64,000 nucleotides of DNA from Ascidiella aspersa. Taxonomy: Eukaryota. The position numbers and the translations under genes were made by a program. Each line of letters opens with the position of its first letter. Within the stretch, counting starts at the first letter, position 1. The stretch covers positions 17,546,001 to 17,610,000 of the forward strand of contig OZ004608.1 of the NCBI GenBank assembly GCA_963924565.1, in the 5' to 3' direction. The notes beneath the pieces are model-generated. The model saw only the letters and a list, made by a program, of their open reading frames with translations, was not told the DNA's origin and did no database searches. Shown here piece after piece: positions 1 to 11,110 of the stretch.

Positions 1-283
1 CCCTGCCTGTGCCGAATACCGTGCCAGGTACCTACTTGCTTACGACCTGTATACTTTGCACTACATTTATTATTTACGCATACGTAGGCTACATCAATCC
101 CGTGTTATATCAGCATTATCAGATGCAATGTAAAATGGACAGTGGCCTACCAATTTTTAACATATGAATGTTTAAAGGCCACAAAATAATCGTATTGAAT
201 TTACACGATTATTTTTCAAGTGTCGGTGTACGCTGGTCACAGGTTAAGCAGGAAGGGTAAAATATTATATTTTTCGACTTCAG

Positions 284-3200
284 TGTCATCGAGTGCTCAC
301 CGATCTTCACGTGCTTCTGGGGGTCATCGCCACCGTCAGCCCTGCGCCAGCCAATTACCCGGATTTCCACCACACTGCACTCCCACCTCTGCTGGAATCG
401 ACTTCATCCCACCAAGGTATACTTTAAGTAATGTGCCTGCATATTTGTGTATAATACTTGTGGCTGTTGCGGTTGTCCAATGTTTGTCACATTTGCACGT
501 CAAGGTGGCCGCAGTTAACGAGCTGTCGTTGCTGTAAACAACAGAGGTTTAACTTGCCACCCGGTCGATGCTTAAGAAAGGTTTGCACCTGTTATTTGCA
601 AATTGCTAGGGTGGGCCATCGATTATACTTCGTATTAGGTCGGCCGACCTCAACCGTAATTATTGCACAGCGCTGGTCTGTTGTTGCTAACAATCGAATT
701 GTCCGGAATTATTGTTTTTTCATGCAACTATCTGCGATCTTTGAAAGTTGATGGGCTATGAAGCCACTTCTAAAACCCCCCGGTGGCTGACAAGAAACGT
801 GGTCACCAATCGCGGACAGGTCATGTCGCCAAAGCATACGCTTACGTTTCGTTTTGGCCAAACGCACACTCGCATGTCATTTATCTGCCATGGCAGCTGT
901 ATCAACGTCTAACGTCGCCTTTGTTTTCTCTCGCAGCGCTTTTCTGCCACAACCGTCGACCGCTTCCCCCTCCTCTGTACTCCCGGCCGCCCTCTCGCAA
1001 CCTCAATCCGTCTCCGAGTTCTTGACTCCCACATCGTCCGACATCGGCGCTCAGCAGCCCGTCGGTGCACTGGGAGGCCCCACCGCCGGTCTGCTGTACA
1101 AGTCGGCCACTGCCAGTACCCCGACGCTGTCATCGCCCGTAGCGCCACTGCCACGCAACATCGCCTTAGACAAAGCAACAAGCGACTTGGACAAGTTGTT
1201 TGGCGCCGTCGCCTCGTCGTCTCCCCTCGCCAACAACAGCAGTAGCAGCAGTCGTAGCAGTGGCGCCACACAAAAGCTCGTGAAACCAGGATCTGCCCCA
1301 GGCGCTCCTGCAATTAAGACGTCGAGCGCTGGTGGCAGCGGCAGTGGCAGCCCGCAACCAATTTCTGCTGCCAGCAGTTCGACTTGCACGCAGGGTGTGC
1401 CAGCAGCCCAACGCCGTATCTCTACTACAAGTGGTAAAATTACATCGGGCGTCGGATCGCTATCTCATCACGGATCACCACTCTCAGGTACTATCTATTG
1501 CCACGGCCAATTTTAATTTTCGTTTCCAGGTGGCAAATATGAACCGAATCGGTAAATTACAACAGTCCAAACTTCACCACTTAAAATTCATTTTTTTAAA
1601 CGGAAAACTCACTCCACCACAAAATAAAATATTTAAGACCTCTCACGCACTGTACTGCTTTCCGAAAGGGCGTTCACCCGTCGCAGCGCGTTTGGATCTG
1701 GTCTCTTTATTTATTTATGCACTAGCTTATTTTACCCCGGCGCGCCGTCGCCTCTTATTAATATCCTCGCGCGCTGTTGTTGTCACCGAATCGATAGCAC
1801 CCAGCGCCGCGACCCAAACGCCACTCACACGCGAATCCTCCTTCTGCAGGAACGAGGGTCGTGCGCCAGATGCAGCGTCTGCGGCGCCTTTGTGGCTCAC
1901 ACCAGCAGTGCGTGGCCTACAGCAGCCCGGAGCTCGCGTCGGAAATTTCGTCGATCGTCCACGCAGCCAAGCACCATTCCGGTTCCGAGTCAGGCGGCAG
2001 CGGCTCGTCTCACCACCGACGAAGCACAAAGGTAGGTCACAATGTAGAACCAGACTGTATTTTATCCTAGATAACGGCTCTATGTCGCGTTTAAAGCCGA
2101 TGAACAATTTGGCTTCGATACTGCAAGTATATCTAGTTTCATTTAAACCGTTACAACGTGTGACACAATCATGTTTCTTATGGGAACAAAATGCCACTAC
2201 TACATTTTTTAACTAATCATCTTCTTTCACGTTTTGTCGCCTCAACGGTCCCTTAGTCCCCATTGCCTATTTAAAACTGTCGATGCTCTTATTGATGCAA
2301 ATTTGTTGCCAGCACTTCAGCCAAAATAATTTAAAGTTAAAGTGGAAAACGGGGAAATGTACACATGTAGTTGGAAAGAAGTGTGAAAGTGAATCGAGCT
2401 ATTAGAGAGTAAAAAGGGCCTGTGACTTTTTATATCACGCCTGTCGGATGCGCTCGCCCCCTTTTCCAACTTGCAGAAGGCCATTTTCCACTTTACAGAA
2501 AGCGTGTCGAGTGACACTGTCCGTGCATGCCGTATGTACGCACCGACAAAACCTTAAAATTTTCTTCCAATGGTCGGATGGAACTAACCCGACCCTGCTT
2601 TACGGAAACGTTGCGCTTGTTGTTTCACGGTTTTAATTCTAAATCCAGCTAGTGTTTTTGAATGAATGCTCTTAAAATAATAGTTTATCATCCCGTGAAT
2701 GCTCCGTGTAGTTTTCGGCTCTCGTAGTGAAGACAACTTTTTACAAATTGTGGTCATTTCGTACAAGAGATATACTCCGCAGTCACACCCTCGTTTCGTC
2801 GTATTTCAACTTTTCTTGGAAATTTTAGAGTTCTCAGCGTGATCGAGCTCGTCCTTCGGCGTCGTCTTCATCATCTTCTTCCTCCTCGGCTTCCTCTTCC
2901 GCTCGAGCTAACGCCGCAACTCCACCGGCGTCAGGAGCCTGCATTGACAGTTTTACAACGCACGGGCCCGGCATTTTCTCCGGAACATTTTCAGGTGCGT
3001 TAAGTGTTTCCGCTGCACCTGTTGGAATTATTGTGTTTGCTATATTGTCGCATTGTTTTCTTGTCCGCTTCACTGAGATTTTTGCTAAGCACATTCACGA
3101 TTTACGCTCACTGAAGTTTTCATAAACGTAGCCCTACCAATATCCAGAAAAGTGCGTTGTTTTTGTGTAATGTTGGTTAACCGAGTGTCGTATACAGGGC

Positions 3201-6200
3201 CCGAATGAAAGCTCCACTGGCAAATTATCTAGGCTTGCGCTCGATCTAATGCTCCTTTTGGCGGTTGTTCGTGTTCGCGTGTTATTGTTTCACCTCCTCT
3301 TGGTGTGTATAAATAAACCGACCACCTTCCGCGCGCGCCGCTCGCCGAAATAACAAACTTTCCAGACTGCTACTGCTCTGTAGTCACGGCGTTGTTGTGT
3401 GGTGTGACGTGCCCCGTATGTTGATAAATGGTGCTGTTTACGTTGGTGTCATTTTCTGCTTATATCGTCGGAAAGCGCTGGCGAGGCGTCCGTCCGTCCG
3501 CCAGCCTGTTCGTCCCAGTGACGACTCCCACGGGCGCCACGAAGTGATTCCTTTCAAAGCGGCTAAAATTATCGTACTTAAATATAAACTCGCTTCCTTG
3601 ATCCGAGTCCTATCGTTTGTTGCAACAGCTACTGTTGCACCAACGCGCAGTCCACTCGAACGACCACATGTGACCTAGAAAAAAGCAGACCCGCGCTCCT
3701 TTTTGCCGAACGCGGCCTAAAGTGTGGAAGTCGTTCGCTGTTGACCGAACAAACGAGTCGCTGTGCTTTAAAAGAACAACTTCCTTGAGTGGCTGTGCGG
3801 TCGGGAAACCGATTTTTGTTGCCGCAGGTTAGCGGGGTCGAAGCCGAATGGTCACGTAAGAAAACGGGACGGCCGCTAGGCAGTGCGAAAAAGTAAGCAA
3901 GGCGGGTTCCGCTCTCTTAATGCATTATTATCGCGCCGTGTTCGAGCTTGCGAGCACAAGCGCTCTCGGCAAATAGTTGGCATACTTGGCTCGGCGCGGG
4001 AGTCTCCTCTCTTGATTTCGCCCAAGCGCGCACGAAAGTCAACGGAGCCTAACCCGCTGAGTGGCGGTTTCTCCTTCAGGCGCTAACAAAACAAGTTCCG
4101 TACCGTGCTGTGCCATCGTTCGCGAATTACGATTGGCCGCACACACAGCCCCGAACGCGTAAAAAGTTTACATTTGCAACGTAAGAGTTTGGTGTCCTGT
4201 CATTATTTTAGCATATAGGGTCGCGGTGAACAGAACGACACTGCTGTACAGCCGCAAAACAGCAGTCGGCTGTGCGTGCCGCTGGTAGTCGCCAGTTCCG
4301 TGCGAGTTCGTGCTTTGCGCGATCACCCGGGCAATTTCCACTCTTTGTTCGTCGCGCGTTCGTCCGGATCAAATTGTGACGCCGCTGCGCCGCCTGACGT
4401 CACACAGTGCATTGAGGCTCGACTCCCGTCAGGCCGTCCTCGTAAATCAGCGCCTTGATGTAAGACGAACGATGACTAGTGAACTGTACTTTTAGAGCCC
4501 TCTCGAGTGCATAATTCCATCGGCGCTTTTCTTATTCTCAGCGCGAAATATGATTACGGTAGCGAAACGAGAAGACTGCCATTACTCATAGGCCAGGCGT
4601 GCCTTTGGTGCCACGAACGTGCTTTGGCATGGATGGTAGAAGCGTCTTCAGTCGGCGCACGCTAAACGACTAAACCGGGTACCGACCCAGACACCGAAAT
4701 AGAATCCCGATCAATATTTATAAATGGCAACGCACGATGCGTACGTCCCACTGTCGCCTTGCGCTGGCTACTCTGCAATATGAAGGCCGTTCTGTTGTGT
4801 TAACCTCCGCAATAGGTCCCTCGCCGACCCAACGCGTTATGAAGGAAAACAATGTTAACTGCCTACCCGGTCGCGACGTCGTCCAATACCATACACGCTT
4901 GTCGTTGATCTGCCCTGTTATGTAACCTTTATCTAAATAGCATTGCACCCCAGGTCTATAGATCACATCATTCACATTCGACCTGCTTCGCGCGCTTCAA
5001 ATATATAATACTTTTTTATTGCTTGTACAGTTTTTGCTTCGTAATTAACATCTGACTTCATTAGCTCATGTGAAGTTAAAGTAAAAATAATCAAACGACT
5101 ATGAAATGTAGATGCTTTGTACAATCTCCTGTTGTTATTCCTGTTCAATATCAAATGCTTATTCGATATTATCGACCAGGCTTCATTGTAGTTTATTGTT
5201 TTCTTAGGGTCGCTGCACCCAAACATCCAAGACAAGGAAGGACGACCAAAACGTGATCCGCAAACTATTCTACAGATTCTCACTGACTTACTGAGCGCCA
5301 CCAACCAGTACCAGGTAAGCCCACTTATAGTAAAATTGAGTTTTATGGTTCATGACCCTTAACCGCCTTAATTGCGGTAACATTGCATATCTATCCCGTT
5401 ATTGTGTTTATACGTTTCTGGCGTATAATAAAAAAGTATTGCCACCCAAAATATGTGTGGAAGCAATTACGCACCTTCGGTCAAACACCCACCCACACAC
5501 ACACTTCATTCGTTCCAAATATAAAAACAAACCTCCCTTCAGTCTGAATTAAGGTCGCCAACTTCATCCGAGTTTAAACGTTGGCGCCATCAATTGTGGC
5601 GCTAAATCTCGTCCTCCTACAGTGAAACTGTCACACTAAAATATAGGCCTTAAATTGTGAACCAATCTGGTGGGCTACGAGAGCATTAAGTTTCGACTCG
5701 AAAGCAGCGATTTAAACGCGGAAAAGGCTCTATGCTGTTGCTACGAAATTCCCCTTCGCTTTAACCGTGATTCAGAATCACTCCGGTAAACAAGCTGAAC
5801 TGTTGGCAATTCGCGCCGCGCTACGCTGGCATCGACCATCGCACCGCGCCAGGCCATTATTAGTCATCGCCCAAATTGCGCCATAGTGCGCACCCGCTCG
5901 CCCGGGCTCAGGGCCGCTTCCAAGTAAAGGCAACCATTTAGAGTCGGCTTCTCCGTTTGCACCGCACGCCGCTCGTTAACATTCGGGCCGACGCCGACCG
6001 TTGCCGGGGGTCGTTCCTCGAACTGAGCAATGTGCACTCAGTAGCGACAGTGGACGGTTCAAACGTGTTTATTATACCAACGCCCGGGTGGCCTTTGACC
6101 AATTGACTTGACGACCCTTGCATACCTGGCGTGGCTTAACCGAGTTTTATTGACACCCTTTGGTTGTTTTATTTTATTGTGCTCTGCAATTATTAATAAG

Positions 6201-7842
6201 AAAAGAATAACCGATGTGAGTCATTCACCTGTTGCTGGAAATATTCTTGCCCGAGGCCATATTTGTCGTCGAAATTTAATTTTCCAATAACTTACGACGG
6301 TTTACTTGACGTGTTGCGTATTATTGGCTGCTGGAATAGTTGCATATAGACATTTTAGGGTTTCTAAGCGACTATTTAATAACCAAGAGGTTGTCTAAGC
6401 TTAAACTGTTAAGCCAAAATCAATAACAACATACGTCGCGTGCTTGATCTTCACCTTGAACGTCGCGTTGATAACTGAAGTTTTCTACCGATCGGAAAAA
6501 AATAATGAGTTGTGCTTAAAGCCTTAACCTAACTATTTGCATTTCTTAAGGGCCAGACGGGAAACATCGGCATGCTCCCTCAGTTACTTCGTGATCACTT
6601 CGCCAAGCAACAAGGCGTTGCTACGTCGTCTTCGACATCCCCTCCACCCACTGTTTTAACGACCGAGAAAGTAAGTCGATTTTGTCACCTTTCGTTAAGT
6701 TTTGATGGATGTTCGTTTTTTTTTTGCGCTTCACCCTTCTAAGGTTATTGTCGAACCCTTATCTTATTCTGCTGAAACAACGATGTCCCGTAAAACGATT
6801 TTAACGGCGTTTCAGTATTAATTTGACCCTGGCCGTAAAATATCTTTATTTGGCTTAACAAATTCACACCTATCAACCCACCTTTGTTTTTCATAGCAGG
6901 AACCCCGACCCAGTCGTTCACAAACATCGCGCACCAGGCACCAGCCTTACCATTACCACCACCATCACCACCACAACCACCCACACCATCACCATCACGC
7001 GTATCAGCAACCCCAGCATCCCAGGATGACCAACTTCCCACCATTCAACCCGTACTTATTGGGTGCAGCACCGGGTCTTCCGCCCACCTACCCCACTTAC
7101 CCCATGGGTTCCGTTGACCCTGCTGCCCTTTACAAGCACTACACTCGTTCCGGGGAGGGCGCCGATCTCATTCCCGGGGCCGCCCCTTCGCATCACCCCT
7201 ACCGCTTATCTACTCGCAAATCGCAATATCGCCGCGACGAGATGAAACAGGCCAAAACCAGTTCTAGCCGGTCACCATACTGCTGCAATCCTGCCGGTTC
7301 CAGTCGGAGCCGCAAGCAAGCCCCCAGTATCAACAGTAAGTTGATCGTTTTGGGTTATTCAATGAACGACATGTCGTGTTCTCGACTTACAATATAGTAT
7401 TCATTCGAATTAAGGAACTGATGATGCCACTTGGCGAAATATATTTTCCTTTTGAACAAAACGTCTGATCCTGTTTTTACTCATGTTTTTAACTGTGACT
7501 TGACAGTATAGTATAATTCGTTTGGCGAAGTGATATCGAGTCTTATCGCTGTTCTGTCTCTTTTCAGTGACTCGCCTGATGCAGCTGCAGCAGGAGAATC
7601 ACAACACCAGGGAAAAGATGCGTCAGCTCACCGAGCGAATGCAACAGCGCCGTCTCCGACGCCAAATGCGCCGCGACGCATGTGGCCCCTACAAGCGCGG
7701 ATCAGGCGCCGTCGACGCCGCAAGCGGTTCGGTTGGCGAGCATCAAGTCAAAGAAAGAAAGATGAGCACCGGGGGCGTGGTCTCCACTGGCGGGCGTGGC
7801 GAGGACAAAGCCGCAAACAGCCTAGAGGTGCGGTTCTATTGA
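284..7842 (+). CDS. MIDN: Midnolin (ubiquitin-independent proteasome adaptor), 5'-partial; exons 284-416, 937-1487, 1850-2031, 2829-2994, 5208-5314, 6551-6670, 6897-7335, 7568-7842
   Basis: All listed introns are GT-AG and phase-compatible. The spliced product contains [22 protein letters not shown]|[35 protein letters not shown] (Catch2-like; cf. vertebrate [25 protein letters not shown]...RDIGTILQILNDLLSAT) and [34 protein letters not shown] (C-helix/NLS; cf. QQKRLRRKARRDARGPY). The Ubl domain is not seen and presumably lies upstream of the window. Confidence 0.92.
7412..7451 (+). ncRNA. Minimal type I hammerhead ribozyme motif in the last midnolin intron
   Basis: AAGGAA-CTGATGA-T-GCCACTTGGC-GAAA-TATA-TT-TTCCTT: perfect 6-bp stem I, intact CUGAUGA/GAAA core, stem II GCC/GGC, palindromic minimal stem III, predicted cleavage after 7445. 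Confidence 0.85.
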
Positions 7843-9480
7843 TTTTTTTCCCTCGACCGCTCGATTTTCGTTTTCAATGCTGCACCCACGACAGACAAAG
7901 ACTGCGGTAATCGATGGTGCCGCTCGGTAATTTTCACGCCCCGGCACCAACGAAGGCGCGGCCCCGTGTATTATTTGGCCACGCGATGTGCTATCCGATA
8001 AGCACTCACGCCGCTGATACGATACGCGACCTGCCTTCCCGTTCGTGACGGCGTAGTTTATATCCCCCTTAACAGCAAACCATCAAACTTCAAAAAACAA
8101 GGTTTACGATAGGGTTGAAGTTTAATTTGGCCACAGACGATAGGTATCGTGCTACAGGGCTGTTTTCGCAAAGTCACATTCACTTGCTAAAAATACCCTG
8201 TCGCAGATGAATTTGCACTCCGCGATAACAGTCGACCCCATGTTCCAATGCCATACCATACCATACCGACTGCGTCATCAGATGTTGACGCACACACAGT
8301 GACGGTTTAATTTGCTGGTCGACCCGTTTCGTCTGCCAGCGCTATATTTAGCGGAGAAGGCGAGAACCGGCCTGTTGCCCGACTGCATGGATGGGCGATC
8401 CTTTAACGCGCGTTTTACCTTTCTCAGGTACAAATCGACGATCTGAGCGATTACGCCGAAGAGCGGAAAGCCGAGGTGACGCACGAAACCCCAGAGACCG
8501 TCACTGTGTGAAGGAACTACAGCACGACGAGCGAATGACACTTTTATGCGGTGTTTTTGGATGACCAAACGATGACTGCTACAACAGCTACGTCGAATCC
8601 GACAACCGCTGTCCACAACCCGCCACGACATACGTAAATACGAGGCGCCAGTTGCTCGCTCGCCACAGGACGGCGGGCATCGAGCCGGAAGCGGTGTCAC
8701 GCTTTAGTGGCTTCTCTTTCTCTCTCACTCTCTTTGTTGATATGTGTTACAGCAGCAACATCAGCCTCTATCGTCCCATCATGCGAGCGGCGACGACAAG
8801 CTTTTTACTCTTTTTTTGCTTCTACCGCTACTTATACGATCGTAGTGTTTTGTTGCTTACACTTTTGCGTTTATTTTCTACGTACTGGTGACTCGCCCTG
8901 GCACTAAACCAGGCCGAAAACCAAACGCTTCTTGTTTAAATGTTTTGCGGTCGTCTGGCTACTTTGCCTGCAGTGGTCAACCCGCACGTTTATCGTGTGG
9001 CGTGATGTGCCGCCGTTAATCGTAACCCGGAGTCTTTGTGTGTATGGCGCGGAGTGCTAATTATGAATCTTGTTACGTAGTTTTCCGTTTTGCTTCTTTC
9101 CTCGGCCATAAACCTCCATCACTACCTCCCGCTGTGTTCACGAGCACGCACCGGTCTGCAATTGTGTGTATCCCCTGTCGTAAGCGCGCAACACCGATCT
9201 CTTTACCCCCCCCCCCATTTCTTTTGAGGACCTCTTTCACACAACCTCGTGTCCGTGAGCGATTAATCTGTATCTTTCGTAGTGTGGTGTTTTTTCGCAA
9301 GTCTACCGATTTCCGGACTACAACTGATAGGTAAATTAAATCCGTGTGGACATTGTGGGAATAAGCAATTATATTATGCTTTTGTTTTTGTGAAGCAAAA
9401 AACTCTCGCTTGTTGTAAGCGTCTCCGCTCTTCACTTTGAATTGGTTTTGTCTTGCTTTCTCAAATTTCCCTAATAAACG
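7843..9480 (+). other. Probable long midnolin 3' UTR, to at least the AATAAA at 9473-9478
   Basis: No credible ORF. U-rich tracts are interspersed with CpG-rich sequence; the first canonical AATAAA I noticed is at 9473. The true end is uncertain and may extend to ~9.95 kb. Confidence 0.5.
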
Positions 9481-10817
9481 AAAGCGTATACATATATTTG
9501 CATATCTCTATCTATTATTTTTTGCCATTGCTTTCTCTTGTTTTTGTATACACCCGAAGAATGTGCGCCACTGTGGCTGCACATGAGCTGCAGTTCGATT
9601 AGTGTTTTCGCCCCACTTTGGTTATCAGTTTTGTTATTTAGCGAATACCCTTTCGACCAATCCTTGTCCGATTTTGTTTCGCGGGCTTTTGTGTGTGACA
9701 TCACAGCGCTATCTTGGGTGCTTTTTCTCATCTCATTTGCCATCGCAGGCAAACGACTCTAGTCCATGTTTTTCTTCTCCCACTTACTTGCGTTCGCACC
9801 CTTATCCCTCCTTTAGCCCCATTACGCACCCACATTCTGTTGTATGTTTATTCTCTTTTTTTTCACTCGGCGTCGCCCCCTCGCGACGTCTTGTCTCTGT
9901 ACGATAACATGTCCATGTACTGGGTTGTGAATACAAGCAACTTGTCGAAAACGTGTTTAATGAGATGTATCCTTTATTCCTTTAAATGGTTTGATAAGAA
10001 ACGACTGTATAAAATGTTATTTGAGTTTTTTAAATCGTGCATTTGCCAGGAGTTTAAAATTACAAGGTTTGCGAAAGAAAACGAAACATAATTGCCAGAA
10101 AAATAAGAATGAATAAGTTACGACAATTCTTCAGTCTTGCTTTGCCCCAGACACTTACGACAGAAATCGAGACAGTACTTCATCATAATTATCACGGCTG
10201 TGAGTGGCGCACGATTCTCGCTGTTCATCGTCGTTTTGGAAGTCCAGCTCGAACTGCATCCGGTCGCCGTACGCAGAAACACTCTACCTTACTGTATCAT
10301 CGAACTGTGTTACTCTTTAACCGCAATTAAGCGCTCATTTGTCGGATCAGGATCTTCATCTGCCTTATTTCGGGCGCGCCTTAAAGAAAAGCGTACCATC
10401 GGTCGTGTTTGTCGGCCGCTATTAGAGGAATACTAATTATGAGCAGCAACATCATTATGTAGCAGACTGACGTGACACTGCCAGGCTTACTGGAACGTGA
10501 CTAGTTCAAGCGTCACGATTGGCGAAATACGTCGAAATCGGTGACCCAGGCATCGCCTAAAACGCCAACTGGTAGCCTAAGGACGAGCGTCATACGCGGA
10601 AAATGTTACTAATCGCCGCCTGTAACTGTACCTACGCAAAAACGTCGATTCCCCTTTACTTGTGATTGTTGAACTGTAACATAGTTTGATCGCTTAAACC
10701 AGTGTTTGTCAACCTTTTTTGCTTTGGGGCGCACCTTGCGAGCTAAGCTAGCGCGAAATTTTTGAGGTGTACCTTCGGCTTTATATTTGCATATCTTTAA
10801 AGAGACTCCAGCCTTGT

Positions 10818-11110
10818 GACCAGAATAAGAACAAATCCAACTTCGGAATAAAAGATAGTCAGGAATAGGAGTAACACCTAATAGTCGTAATAATGATGAA
10901 ATAGGAATCAGACCTAAATAAGGCCTATACAACCTTTTATCTAACCCAAAACACCATCCATAACTATCAATAACTGCCAGAATATTTTCAACCCTAACCC
11001 AATTGCTAACACCACCAACTACCGCCCATAATCCCAAACAGAGGCAGAAAATCCGGGGCCAAAACAGCGGCGACCAAATGTCGATAGCAAACTGCCAATA
11101 CCAAACAGGT
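10818..11110 (+). repeat. Dispersed repeat with TAACCC-like motifs; related copy at ~31103-31245
   Basis: Shared colinear motifs cagaataa...ttcggaataa...aaataag(g/a)cct(a/g)tacaacctttta...ccc(a/c)aaac in both locations. Confidence 0.5.

Noticed and set aside
1332-2216. 294-aa ORF and antisense ORFs over midnolin exons
   Set aside because: Alternative-frame shadows of GC-rich exons that run through introns
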